From Podospora anserina (taxonomy: Eukaryota), in NCBI GenBank assembly GCA_017654855.1, contig CM030336.1:1798001-1862000 (forward strand): a stretch of DNA of 64,000 bases, written 5' to 3'. The position numbers were made by a program, and so were the translations under genes. Below the pieces are notes generated by a model. It searched no databases, was not told the origin of the DNA, and saw only the letters and a program-made list of their open reading frames with translations. This document shows positions 1 to 12,885 of this stretch, piece by piece; position 1 is the first letter of the stretch; the number at the start of each line of letters is the position of its first letter.

Positions 1-78
1 TGCCAGCGTGCCGTAACAGGTTAGCTCAGCATGTTGCCCGTCTTAGACTGAGAAACAAGTGCCACAAGAGACAAAGCC

Positions 79-1674
79 TCACTCGAGTTGTGTCAGTTGC
101 AGGCATAGATTCATATTTCCTTGTTGCGCGGCCACCGCGCTCGGCAAAAGTCCAAGGTTGTTCCTTTTGACCACCAGGTGCAGCATGTCCTTTGCCTGCG
201 GCCACTCGGACTCCTGCCATGCAACCTGGTGGATATCGAAACAGTCTAGAGATGCCCCCGCAAGCGCGTGGAAGACTGTATAGCCAGCCATGTTGCCGTC
301 GAACCCCTGACACAGCTGCATGCGGCAGGCTGAGATCTCGGCAGGGCACTGGATCCTGCATAAGGACATGATCATGACGACCTCCTTGGGCCCGAACGGG
401 GTGGACATCGCGGCCAGCAGCGGAAGGTGCTTCGTGACGAAGTATGAGACGACTGATGACACGGTCTTTACGTCGGTGTGGTGTGCGAGGGCTCTCCTTG
501 GTGAGGATGCGGTGCAGAATGGCACCGACAACCCGTATGTCGCCCTTCGAGGACCACTTGGTAATGCGGCCTTCGAAACGCTCCGACTGCTCGGCTATTT
601 CCTGCGCTGAATGTCGGTCATCGCATCCTAGAGAGAAAGCTCTCGGAAGACTGGTATGAATTCGGCCTTACCGGTGCCCAATAAACTCTTGTACCTGCAT
701 GGCTTGTTGGCAGCGCGCCGCCATCCTCCAGCTGAAAAGAAGTTCCAGAGTCCCCCAGCCTGGTGACCAGATCGACTTACACCGAGTTTCGGAGTGCGAT
801 CAGAACTTTGAAGATGCAGTTAGGCCCCGTTTGAGCTCTGATGGGAGCGAAAGAAGCCGGCCAAGGGAGCTCACCGTTTCCTGGTTTTACATCCCGGTGC
901 AGAATGGTGTGCCACCCTGACGGGAAGCTAGTGTATCCATGGAGAGAGCCGTTGTTCCGAGTTGCCTCGAGTCCGTAATGGCAGCGTGACAAAGCTGATC
1001 CCAAGGCCTCGACAAAAGTCCAAGCCACATTGTCTGGAAACATCACACTGTCGAAAGCCGGCAAGGACCGGGGAGTTAGCCGCAGAAACCGGGCAGAGCG
1101 ACGAGCTCCGTGGCGGCATGACTCACGTGTTCTTTTCCAGAGTTGCCTCCAGTTCCTTGAATTGACAGAACTCGGTGTATATCTCCATCTTGGTGTCGCT
1201 GAGTTCGTGATGAACATATTGGATAATGCGGGGATGGTCCAACGTCATGTAGCATCGAAGCTCCATATCTGTGTCCCGTATATGCTTCTCGCGTGCCCTC
1301 TGCTGTATCCATGGGGGAAACCGAATGACCTTTTTGGCAAAGTTTTAGAGCTCATCTCCGTCAGCGACCATCGTCACGCAACCACACCAGGCGACACGAA
1401 CGTTATGGCACAGCGTGCATTCTACCCAAAATACATCCCCATAGGCGCCCCTCCCCATCATATCCCCGGTCTTGGTGCTGCTGGTGAACTCGTGGGGATA
1501 GCAACGCCCGTCGGTCCGAGGGTAGTATCTGATCATGGCTTTGCTTCCATCGTCGGTCAGTTTCGCGTCAGAGCGCGAGGATCCATCCTCTGTTGTCTCA
1601 GTTGTCTCTTGCGAAGCGTCAAAAGGGTAGCTCGCTATCAATACCATTGACCGTTGATAGCGGCCCCTTTTCAT
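79..1674 (-). pseudogene. Ser/Thr protein kinase with C-terminal ankyrin-like repeats, disrupted
   Basis: Manual splicing gives GRGAYGDV, NFAKKVIR, HRDVKPGN, LGDSG (DFG altered), YWAPE and SKGDIRVVGAIL, then ankyrin-like GYTVFHALAG / NLGLLPSAVAAQQGN. Lesions: TAA at 1345-1347 where an intron acceptor AG is expected, in-frame TAA at 777-779, and a frameshift before the ankyrin part. Confidence 0.75.
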
Positions 1675-2135
1675 TCATCGTTAGAGTCGATTGGACTGTC
1701 TCCACGTAGTGAAACGGGCGCCTACTACCTACCTACCTGGAAAGGTACGTGACCTGTGTGATCGTCGAGATGAGTCCCTTTTCTGGAGCTGCTGAACTTG
1801 TGTGCTCTGATGTTCGGTTCCTTTTGTTTTTTTCCTTATACGTCTATTTTGCCTCTCAGGTAGGCTGTGTTGGTTTCTTCCTCGCCTGGCTCTTCCATGG
1901 GCTTTTCTTCTCCTTCATCGGTAAGATGAGTTAGTACGCCCCAAGCAATGGCCGAGAGAACTTTCGCTGCTGTCTCCTTGAGCTTCCAGCTCTTTGCTGA
2001 CTGTATACAAGGCAAGTACTAGCCCTAATTCTCATCTCGGGACTCCCAGATTAGTGGATGGCTGACGGTGGTAGGCCGGAAGGCTCAATGCGTTGGTGGC
2101 GTTGCTGAAGCATAGCAAAAACACACGGCTTTTCA

Positions 2136-2957
2136 ATGCGGCGCAGAGCCTCGGCTATCTTCGTGAGGACATCTCCTCTGAGACGACCAGAAAGGGGACC
2201 CGCGACTACCGCTATGGCTTCGTCTTTGCCAAGCCCAGGAGGCTTTGATTCGGGAGCCCGGCCGACGTGTCTGCGGGGGTTTCTCTTGATGGACACCCAG
2301 GCGCCTCTGAGCATGCCCAGTCTGACAGACAGGGCGGCCCTGGCCCTCGCACTGGCCGAGAGCTTGAGTCGGCTACACGCTGTGAATTGTCTGCACAAGG
2401 GGTTGCGAAGCCACAATGTTCTGTTCCTTCCCCGACGCTCACAGTGGCACACCGGGGGCCGTATTTCGACAGCCAGTCATCTCTGGGTTTGAGCTCGCCC
2501 AGCCCCAGTTTGAGCCAAGCTGGACATCGCCCAGCTGGCCGAATCCTGCTCACGACCTCTACAAGCATCCGCGCGTGCAAGCGGACTCTGGCCGAGAGCC
2601 GAAGACAGCGAGCAAGGCTCCGAGTCGTATAGGAAGGAGCACGACATCTACGCCCTCGGTGTGATTCGGGTTGAGATTGCGTGCTGGCAGCCCGTCCATG
2701 CCATTCTGCGGGTTGACCTAGAGCAGGCAAGTCTTAGGGACACAATGCCTGTGAAGAGACGTCTGTTGGAGTCTCACGTCCTGCAAAAGGTTCGATTTAA
2801 CATGGGAGACACTGTGTGCGATGTGATTAAGGCCTGCCTTAGTGGTTTGGATCTCCCAGAGCCGGGACTCGGCGAAGTCAACCTTGAGAGAGACATGTCT
2901 GTTCAAGAACGTTTCTATTCGGAAGTTGTCCAAGAGTTGAAGTTACTCCATGTGTAG
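2136..2957 (+). pseudogene. Fungal kinase-like domain of the type usually fused to HeLo/prion-inhibition domains; frameshifted, N-terminus missing
   Basis: Motifs are spread over three frames: LAESLSRLHAVNCLHKGLRSHNVLF, PVISGFELAQP..DLYKHP, HDIYALGVIRVEIACWQP, and FYSEVVQEL at the end. Confidence 0.7.
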
Positions 2958-3439
2958 GGGGGACATTATTAGCTAAGCTACCCACCTACCTAGACAGAAT
3001 ATCACTGTCCAGGTACTTGTGTGGATGTTCTTGCATGTACGAAAGCCTACATGTACCCGAATCTCGTTCATCCTCATAATGGGCTCGAAGCCTTGGTCAA
3101 TGGCCACATTGCCGTCTACGCCTCTTTGCCTCATTTGCTATCCATTGGCCCTCGAGTTGCAGAACCCCTTACTCATGTGCCAACGACGTCTGGGCGTTTG
3201 GTACACACCTAGCCACGTTTGTGACACTTGCTGGACCTCAAGAGGGGGTACCATCAGCTGATTGCGGCTGGACCCGATCCTCACCAATGCAGGCTGTTGC
3301 TAATGCCAAGTCTGGCTCGTGGATGAAAATTTCGGACGTCCAGAAATACACAAGACTGTTCCCGCCGCTTGATCATACCTAACTGATAGAACAATGGGGA
3401 CCCCTTCCGCTGGCAACGCACCGAGACGGTCTCGATCTG

Positions 3440-4037
3440 CAGGGCTTATGCCCTTCTTAGAAAGCCTGCTCGAGTCAGAAAAACGGAGCTCCTCAGCACC
3501 GAAGGGTAGGCCACGCAGCTAGCTATGGCATCTTTCGTAAAGGACATGTTCGGATTTGCCGCTATGTGCTCCAGAACGGAGCCGATCCCAACGTCCGTGA
3601 GAAAATGGACGTAACGCCATTGCTTGATAGCCCGCATGGGGGGTCACCGTGACGCTGCTGAGGTCCTTTTGTCCTGCGGCGCGGATCCGGAACCTCGCAG
3701 TTTATTATACTCCACGTCTCTTACCCTGCTGATCTGGCAAAGAGGAAAGAAAGAGCGGGACGAGTCGATGGGCATCATCCAGCTACTGCTCGAAAAAGGG
3801 GCCGACCCGAATGGTGCTGATGACGATGGTGATACCTCACTGATTTCATGTTCTGTGTTTCAGCAGGTCGAGGTCACGCAGTTGCTCCTCAAACACGGTG
3901 CCCAAGTTGACGTAGCAAACAACGACGGAAAGAAGGCTATCCATGCGGCTGCCACGGAGTGCGATCCGAGAATGATACGACTCCTCCTGGATCATGGTGC
4001 GAACCCGGCTCAAAAGGACATCGATGCGCGCCAGTGA
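3440..4037 (+). pseudogene. Ankyrin-repeat protein remnant
   Basis: LLSCGADPE, LLLEKGADPNGADDDGDTSL, LLLKHGAQVDVANNDGKKAIHAAA and LLLDHGANP; an upstream repeat (YVLQNGADPNVREKMDVTPLL) lies in another frame; no intact start. Confidence 0.75.
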
Positions 4038-4060
4038 TCACTTCCACTGTCCCCTCTTTC

Positions 4061-4577
4061 TGTGGCGGAGATGCCGGTACCGGTATTGGTCTATTCCTAA
4101 TCGTAAAATAACAATGAGCGGGATAGTAAGGGGAAGACTGTATCTGGGTGATGGCGGCAGGCCGGTTTCTTTTGATGATGAGTAGATACCGAGGTAGTAG
4201 GAGTAAAATCTGTATGCAAGTTCTGACCAAATAATTCTTCCTAACCGTACTTTAGTCAATCTTAACGGCCTATGGCTAGGTACAGGTGAAAGATTGAATT
4301 GCCGGATCAAGAAGAAAAAGAAAAGAAAGAGAAAATAGGTATACTGCCCACAGCGTCCTCTTATACCTCTTACATCCTCCGGACTTCCCCTTCAAAGCAT
4401 ACAAAATATCCACCAGAATTATCCGAACTTCCTCGTATCTCTTCCTCGTATCTCTTCCTCGTATCTCTTCCTCGTATCTCTTCCTCGTATCTCGTTTCAC
4501 CTCCTGGCTCCCACATCAGTTGCAAGCCTCCCACATCAATCGTCAAATAACCCTAACCCGGACATCATCCCATAACA
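4061..4577. mobile_element. Candidate RIP-degraded solo LTR
   Basis: TGT...ACA termini, about 520 bp, TpA-rich compared with its flanks, begins just after the ankyrin ORF breaks off; no TSD seen. Confidence 0.4.
4428..4492. repeat. 13-bp tandem repeat (CTTCCTCGTATCT) x5
   Basis: Directly visible perfect tandem copies. Confidence 0.9.
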
Positions 4578-4795
4578 GTCAAGACAGTCAACCGGTCTTC
4601 GCTCTAGTAGCCAGACCGCAGCTCTCTTCTAATTTACCTTACCCCGCACTGAAACCCAGCTCGAGGCTGAACCGAATTTCTCCTGTGCTCTTCCCCTGAA
4701 CCTTTCACCATCTCCCTCGACTCCCACAAACATCCCACAGAACAAAGACTCACCATTTGCTTGCTTCTGAATTGCTACCCATCAGTGACTTAACC

Positions 4796-6966
4796 ATGTC
4801 ACACCCCCACAGCCGGCAGATATGCACCGACTGCACCGTAATCTTCCAAAAGGCAGGTTCTGTCTTGACATCGGGAATCATCGAAACAGTCTCGTCCCTG
4901 CCATTGGATCAGTCATACCGAGACCGAATAATCCGACACGTTCATCAAAACCAATGTGACATGTGCTCTCTCATCAGCAACACCATCCCGGCAATCAATG
5001 ACCCCCTAGACTCCAAAAGAACAGCAGAGCTCAGGTTTAGTCTGCTGCAGAACAACCCGACGAGTGTGAATCTCAGGCTTTGGGAGTTTTGTGCCGAGGA
5101 CCAAAAGGCTAGATCTCATGCAGGGGGTTTGAGCATCCAAGATGGTGAGGAACGTGACATCTGTGTGGGTGGAGCTGTGGAGGCTGATACTTGTATGTGT
5201 TAGTTCGGAATGGAAGAAGTACCCGCATACTCAGTGCCCCTACTACATGGTCAGCTGAAACGCTGGGCCAGATCAAGGACTGGTTGGAAACATGCCTTTC
5301 ATCACATGCCCAGTGCGCAAACCGGTCCTCAGGCCGTCTCCCACGGCGTCTGATAGACGTTTGGTCTACCACCGAGCCGCTGCCGAAACACTTTGATCAA
5401 CTGAGTCTTGAAAACTCTCAGAACATCCGCGTAGTAGTGTCCGAATCTCTGCCCCAAGACACAAAGTACCTCACCCTCAGCCACAGATGGGGCAATCCAC
5501 CCAAGCTGCTCCTCACCACCCAGACTCAGTTCCTGCTAAAAGAAGACATAGTCCCCCATCTTCTAGCGTGCGACGAAGCAGCGGTATTCCGCCATGCCAT
5601 CCAAGTCACGCGTGGGCTTGGATTCCGATACATATGGATTGACGCCCTCTGCATCGAGCAAGACAACGGACCAGAGAAAGCAGTTGATATCATGCACATG
5701 GACGAGGTCTACACCAATTCATCTTTGAATCTCTCGGCTTCCGTAGCCAGTGTGCCTGACGGGCTAGTCTTTGATCGAGACTTGTCGTCGATCAATCCTT
5801 GTCGGGCGACGGTCGTCGTCGAAGCTGGTCAAGAAAGCGTTGCCCTGCAGGCAACTCCCGAAGGGTTTCATTCCTTGCGGGCTGTTGGACCCCTTTACGA
5901 ACGAGGCTGGGTGTATCAAGAGAGGTTGCTCGCACCGCGCATTGTACATTTCTTGTCGGACCAAGTGTACTGGGAGTGTCATGCTTTGGACGCATCTGAG
6001 GTTCTCCCCGAGGGATATCAAGATGGATTGAAGCGCCAGACACGGGGTATGGCGGCGATTACGAAGGGGCTATCTGCTGACGAACTGGAACTGCGATGGT
6101 TCCGTCTTGTGGAAGACTACACTGCCACGGCTCTGACATATCCGGATGATCGCCTGCTAGCTGTGTCAGCTTTGGCTAAGCAGTTTTCTTCTGTTGCGAA
6201 ACGGAACCCGAATGACTATCTGGCTGGGATGTGGAAGGACAGCCTACTGCCTTCGCTGGTGTGGTTGTTAGCTGAATACGAAGAAGGAAGCGAGCCACAA
6301 CGGTCAACTGATGCTCCGAGGGAAACAGAAGTAGCACCGTCCTGGTCCTGGGCGTCCATCATGGATACAGTATCATGGCCTCAGAGCTCTGAATACACCC
6401 GGATAGTGCCTAGTGTCGAGTGGGTGGACGTCGAGGTTGACCGAACATCTCAAAATTTGTTTGACGGCACTAATCTATGTCGACTTCGTCTTCGCGGCCA
6501 TATGCGCAAGATATGCCGATACATCGAGAACGGACAGCCTTGGATTAGCATTTCAGGAACAGTCCGGTTCCCGGAAGTATTGGAGATTAATGAGGAATTC
6601 TTTGACCACCCGTTGGCCTTGAGCTGGGACACGTGTCGAGAGTCGGTTGCGCTTGCACTGAAAGACGACAGTGACGGGCTGCCTGGTCGGACATATTTTC
6701 TGCTTCACATAGGCGCGGAGCAGGCGGCGTACTGTGGGGATTGGGAGCCCGCGGCAGAGGAGGGCATAATTCTTGAAAGGACTCCAGAGCATGGAACATA
6801 TAGGCGGGTAGGGCATTTTCTTGTGCCCTATCTGTCGATCCAGGATTATGAGAGCTTCGAGCTGGCGGGCGCGTTTCATCGAGGCTTTGAAGGACTGCTG
6901 GATGAGAATTCGGGTGATTATCACGAGCTGGACCCTGATGGGAGGTGTGTGATCGACATTATCTAA
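4796..6966 (+). CDS. HET-domain (PF06985-type) heterokaryon incompatibility-like protein; intron about 5145-5203
   Basis: LPRRLIDV, YLTLSHRWG, YIWIDALCIEQD, MDEVYTNS, RGWVYQERLLAPR, DRLLAVSALA and APSWSWAS motifs; GTGAGG..GCTGAT..TAG intron joins the exons in frame. Confidence 0.9.
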
Positions 6967-7178
6967 AGCTCTCATGGAGTAGGTGTTGTGTTACAAGAAT
7001 CGAGGTTGCTTTCAAGTCTCCTTAAGAGGACCCCCATGTTGCGGGGGCGGAGCTCTCAACGGGCGCGAAGTGGGGCACCCTCCCTAGCGCCCGGTGAAGC
7101 TCCAGAAGCCTGAATCCACCACCTACAGCACCTTCACATCATACATCTCAACGGGTACTCCACCCCTCACCATATGAG

Positions 7179-8730
7179 ATGGCACGCCCTTCGTCAGACC
7201 GGCCTCCATCTCGCTCAAGAAGCCGCTCGCCTTCCCTCGTCAAATCCTCTTCTCACCCTACTCCCCGCCGCGCAATCCGCCCGCTGCTTCTTCTGGTAGC
7301 CCTCATCAACCTCTCATGGTCGCTATACCAACTCCCCACCACCCGCGTGATCGAATCCCGGCTCTGTTTTGACCACTACTCCCTCAGTGATCCCTCAGCC
7401 GTTCCCCCGGACGGCACCATCCCAGAAGAGCTGTGCAAGCTCGATACCATCCAGCAGCGCTTGGGGAAGTTGCAAGGAGTGATGGAGACCATCTGGGTGG
7501 GGGGTGACTTTCTCATGACGATTCCTTTGGTGACGCTGGCGGATCGATATGGGTATGGATTCGTTTTGAGGTTGAACCTGGTCCCCCGCGCTTTTTTGCT
7601 GGGGTGGATGCTGTTTGTTGGGTACTTTAGGTGGCTGCCGGTGGAATGGGTTGTGCTTGCGCCAGCGGGGAGTTGGCTGGGGGGTGATTGCGTGTTGAAC
7701 TCGGTGGTGTATTTTCTGGTGTCGGAGTTGACGGGGGATGTGGTTCTGCGGTGAGTTTTGAGTCGGAATAGTTATGAGAATGGTGACTGACAGAAGTGAT
7801 AGGGCGACCTTCTTCGCCTACCTCAACGCTACGACTTCCATTTTCTCGAGTCAGCTTGGGCCTGCTCTGGCATCAATGACCATGTCATTCAGGCTGTGGC
7901 TACCCTTCGTACTAGGACTTGGTCTATTGTTGATATCGGCACCCCTGATCTCTTTGCTTCCCATAGCGCCTCCCCCGCACCCAGTTGAACCCCGAGAGAC
8001 GCATGATGAAGAAAGGTCTTCTCTGCCGTCTCGTCAAGCACCACCCAAATCTCTGCTCTCCCTCTTCAGCACACGCCTGTCCTCCATCCTCTCCCTTCTC
8101 ACCGCCCCCACGCCCAACTTCGTCTTGCTTCTCGTCGTTTTCTTTCTCGCCTCCCTCGCCTCCTCCGACACGAAGCTCCTCCCCCTCTACATCACCAACC
8201 GTTACCACCTCCTTCTCTCTTCCATCGGCTACCTCCTCTCCGTCAAAGCCGTCTTTAATTTTTTTCTGTTAACCTACATCATCCCCGCCCTCCTTCGAAA
8301 ACAGGCCGGGTCCATGTCTGCTCATGAGCCCGAAGCCGGCCCCACGAGGACAACGATTCACAACGCCAAGATCTGTTTACTTTTGTCGGCGTTCGGCGCA
8401 TTGTGCGTCGCCCTCGCTCCTAGGATTGGCTGGCTCGTTTGTGCGTTGGGGGTGTATGCACTGGGAATAGCTCTGCCAATGTTCACTTTTGGGCTGCTAA
8501 AGAGTGAGCATGTGGTCAAGCAGGTGGACTCTGAGACAGGGGTGGTGTTTTCAGTCGTGATGCTCGTTCGGACGGTGGGAACGCTGATGGGGGCGATGGT
8601 GATGCCCCTGCTGTGGGTGGAAGCGTTGAAGACGGGAGATCCAGAGGATTTGGGGCTGCCTTGGGGGGTTAGTGGGATTATTTATGCGGTTGCGAGTGTG
8701 GTATTTCTGGGTATGGAGGTGGCAGGGTAG
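7179..8730 (+). CDS. MFS transporter; intron about 7751-7802
   Basis: Many hydrophobic TM segments, LADRYG loop motif, GTGAGT..CTGAC..TAG intron. Confidence 0.85.
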
Positions 8731-8837
8731 ATCATCCCCTTCACATAGAAATCCTGGATAACTTCTCGGAAAGCATTTAGAAGCAAAGTCTCATCCTCTA
8801 CACGTTGCACTACCCAACAACCCCCGCAACCGAACCC

Positions 8838-9566
8838 CTACTCACCCCCCCCCACCGTCCCACTCCCCACCCTGACCAAATCCTCATTCTCATACGTCTC
8901 CCTCTCAAACCCCTTCGCAACCCCCTCCAATAACGCACCGGCAACCTGGCCAACCCTCACCTTCCCAATCCCAACCACGCCGAAAAACACCCTCGCCAAC
9001 ACCCCCGTCTCCTTGGTCGGACCAGAGATAATCCCCGGCTTCGCAATCGCCACCTCCACCCTTCCCCCAGATGTTTTCCCAAACTCCAAGATCTTGTTTT
9101 CCGCCTCGCCGCGGAGAACGCAATAATCGCCCAACAACAACGGCTTCTTTGCCGGATCCCGCACAGCGTTGGCACCACTGACATAGACAAATCTAAACAG
9201 CCTTTTATCCGTCAAGGAGGAGATCACCTTGATCCCAGTCACGGCGTAGTCACGGCAGACCTTGACCGTTGTCTCCCAGGGCACGGTCTTGAGCTGGGCG
9301 GGGGTGATGGCTATGGTCCAGATGCAGGCGTCTGCGTTGGAGAGGTCGGATTTGATGTTGTCGGGGTAGTCATCTCTGTCGAAATCCTCGAGGATGACAG
9401 ATTTGAGTTTGGAGAGGTCGGCGTTTGGGAGGAGGGTGGATGGGTCGGGCGGGGGGCAGGGTTTCCGGCCGAGGGTGATGAGGGAGGTGATGAGGGGGTT
9501 GGAGAGGGATTGGCGGGTTAGTTCTGTGGCTAGGAAGCCGGTTGAGCCGGCGATGATGAGCTTCAT
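8838..9566 (-). CDS. NAD(P)-binding Rossmann-fold protein (atypical SDR/epimerase-like)
   Basis: N-terminal MKLIIAGSTGFLA, RFVYVSG and AKPGII motifs. Confidence 0.85.
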   Translation of the reverse strand: MKLIIAGSTGFLATELTRQSLSNPLITSLITLGRKPCPPPDPSTLLPNADLSKLKSVILEDFDRDDYPDNIKSDLSNADACIWTIAITPAQLKTVPWETTVKVCRDYAVTGIKVISSLTDKRLFRFVYVSGANAVRDPAKKPLLLGDYCVLRGEAENKILEFGKTSGGRVEVAIAKPGIISGPTKETGVLARVFFGVVGIGKVRVGQVAGALLEGVAKGFERETYENEDLVRVGSGTVGGGE

Positions 9567-10641
9567 TTTTTTTTTGGGGAAGGGGAGTAAAGATGAGGGA
9601 GGTGAGGTGAGGTTAGGGGAAGACTGGGCGGGATATGTATAAAGGGTCTAGGCATAAGGAGGCGCAGGTGCAGATGGTACAGTGTTGGGTGCTGGCTGTA
9701 ACGGTGTTGCATTCGGGTGGCACAGCCATAGCTCTCTCACGTGTTAAAGATGACCCTTTTGTTTTGTCGACATTTGTCACGATAGTGGAAACACATACAA
9801 CCATATTGATGACATATAGTTAAGAACTCAAAACACCCTACAGTATTGCCAGAAACACACATTGCACTGTGTTGACAGCGCCTGCCTCCAGATTTTAGAC
9901 ACCTAAGAGAATGTTTTAAACGCCTCCGAAAATGCTCATAGCGCCTGATTCCATGCTGATAGCCGCCTCGAAATATTTCCCTGACGCCTCAGACCTCAAA
10001 CAGCCGAAAGAAACCGTAACGCCATGCCTGCCATGCCCGCCATGCCGCCCACTGTCTTTAACAGACCCATGCGTTCCCGGTATGCTACGCCATGTATGCA
10101 GTAGTCCCCCATCCCAAGAAGCTATCCTCACTCCCAATCCAGGGCACTATATAGCTAGTAAGCAACTCGCCCATCAACTCCGGCGGAACCAACACCTCCA
10201 GCGACAGCCAATCCCACTCATCACCATGCTTGTTGGCAGCAGCAACACAGCCGGTCAGCCGCCTCAGCAAGGTCAGACACCTGCTCAGCCTCCGCTATCA
10301 AAACAAAAAACATCAGCCCTCTGCATACCCCAACATCATCCCCATGAATCCCAACGTCAGCAAAATTAATGCACATACCCTCCATCTCCTCCCTCGCCGT
10401 CTTCCTCAAATACTGGTACCGAACCGAAACAACCTGAAAACCGAATTCAACCCTGAAAAATACCCATCAGCCTCCATACCCAACCCCTCGTTTCTGTTAC
10501 ATCTAGGCGTAAAAACGTACCACATATCCCTGGGCAACTCCTTTCCCAACGGTGTCTCGTCCTTGGTATATAGAGACTGTGGTGGTGTAGAAAATGAGTT
10601 CAAAGTTGAATTGGTGCAGGTCAAAAGGGCAAAAGACAATA

Positions 10642-12885
10642 ACGTGCGTGATAAGCGAGTGACACAGACAAGCGAACGACACACTTTCCACCACCCCACT
10701 ATAACTATCCTCAATTATACAACCACAACACTAGGAAACAACGATAACTGAACTAGAAATAGATGAATCAGACGATTCTGCAGCCTCTTTACACGTACGT
10801 GCATTATGGCCAGGCTTGCCGCACACACCACAGCACCGAATCTTCGTACGAGACCCCCCTGCACCAGCACCACTTTGTCGTATTTCCTGGGCTACCTGCT
10901 CACCCACAGCCTTCTGATCCAGTAAATCCTGTGCCTCTTGTACAGTAAGTGACCCTCTAAGCCGCATACGTGTTTTTTTGGCTCTCCGTTTCTTACTAAG
11001 CTCCTTATTGGCCTTGCGTAGCGAAGAGACCTCTGTATGGAGAAGAGCTACCTCGTGTATTATACTTATTACTCCCTTAGTAAATTAGTCCATAGCGGCT
11101 AGCATTGAGGTTAGAGAGCTGCCCTAATAGTTAGAAATTCGAGTTTTAATAAGCGCTAACTGTGAGGTAGCCTCCCGAGGGTTATGTGGCGTTTAAGAGA
11201 CCCAAGGTAGTGCCGTGGTTAGGCTCAAGGCTGGAGGTGTTAGAGTCCGAATGCGTATATCTAGCTTAGATATTACCCTCTTTGAATCGTACGGTATAAG
11301 GCCGGCGCTAGTAAAACTACCTTGGATATTTTTTTCTATAACCGAAGTAAAAAATGCTTCTTTAAACGTATAAAGAAACTTTAACTTACTGATATATATA
11401 ATGTTTATCCGCATTGACTGTATAATTTAGCGGCTATACGCCTTCTTTAATAGTGTAAAATAGTTAATATTTAATGGCTAAAGTATATAGAAGAAGTGCG
11501 GAGATATATATAGTATAATAATATTATATTCCCGGTAGTAGGTTTTAAATTTTTTTAGAGTGGTGGCTCTCGTAGCCGTTAAGGATTAATAGCCGATATT
11601 TGCCCTTCGTACGAAATATTATATGGAAATCGAAGTAACGAATCTAATTTATACCTTTCTTATTAGTAGTTTAGCTATTATCGGTTATTGTGATGCGCTA
11701 GGTGGCCGGAAGGCTACACTCTTAATATTAATTAGTAAAGTAATATTACTTAGCTAAGATAATGAATAGTAGGATAGTGAAATGGTGAGAAAACACACAA
11801 AACAATCACAACACCACAAATATACCCTCAACAGGTCTCAGAATGAACACACCTGCGTGACAGTGACTCGCTCGCAGGCCGCACTTCACGTAGGACAAAG
11901 AAAAGACACTATGGGCTCGCAGGCCACATAATAAGCACCGGATTGGCCTGATCAGAGGGCCAGAATTGCCTGCACGCGTGCAAGGCACAAAATACGAAGA
12001 AAAATAAAAGTCGATGTCCTGTCTAAAATAGAATGTCCGAAGCAGACCACTTATATACATGGCCCCCCTGAACCCCTGAGTCCTCTGAGCGCCCCGCTTC
12101 TTTACTCATACTCTCAGGCCTGTGGCCGTACCCCAAACCAATAGCCTAACCTAAAATATTTACGCCCTAAATAACCGTAGCCCACTTACGATTACTAGGC
12201 TGGACCTGTTTGGCCTTACTACGGCTATTAGAAGTTATAACGACTATAATAATAACGATAATACCTATCATAAACCCAGTCTCGTCGAAGTTATAAATAT
12301 CGTTATCAAATATCGTTATCCACAATACCGTACTTAGCCTTAGTATTCCGTACAAGGGTAAATCACTCGCCAATAACCTTTGGATCCTCGCATTTGGCCC
12401 TCTAGTAGTTATATTTACGCGTAAAACGCGTCCGAAGTTTTAGCTCACGTTTAACGAAGTTATAAGCCCATCGTACGCCAACAGGAGGCGCGTCGCGTTC
12501 GCGTAACAATCGATTAGCCATATCTTCCACATACGAAAGCCGAAGATGAAATGCGCGTGTAGATAGCTCAATTATATATTAAACAATCCTTTTTTTCCTC
12601 TAGATCCGTAAACTTACGCGAATTGGCTAGAATATCGCGTCGTGCAGGTATACCGGCGCGTCGGCGTGCAAGGGTTTTGAAAGCAACATTATAGACGTTA
12701 GCTGCAGCTCGTAAACTTAGATCTTTATCTTTTTCGAGAGCTTGAAGGGCCATGATAAGCCTGCCTTCTTTTGATGGTGAGGTCATATTGTGTTGTAGAA
12801 GAAAGTGATGTTGAAGGTGGAGGTGTTATGTTGTGGGGGTGAGTGTGTCACTCGCTTATCTGTGTCACTCGCTTATCACGCACGT
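10642..12885 (-). mobile_element. Fot1/pogo-type (Tc1-mariner superfamily) DNA transposon, RIP-inactivated
   Basis: TIRs ACGTGCGTGATAAGCGAGTGACACAGA at both ends, flanked by TA. Transposase relics: HTH (SLRAAANVYNV), YNFDETGF, and a C-terminal CGVCGKPGHNARTC knuckle; many stops; about 1.88 kb after removing the insert. Confidence 0.93.
11778..12140. mobile_element. Solo LTR (363 bp) nested in the transposase
   Basis: TG...CA termini with a 4-bp ATAG TSD (11774-11777 and 12141-12144); interrupts the transposase GWAI segment. Confidence 0.8.

Noticed and set aside
4428..4492. Repeat array considered as CRISPR-like
   Set aside because: Head-to-tail 13-mers with no spacers, in a eukaryotic context.
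4548..4559. TAACCCTAACCC telomere-like motif
   Set aside because: Only two units, within a candidate LTR; expected by chance.
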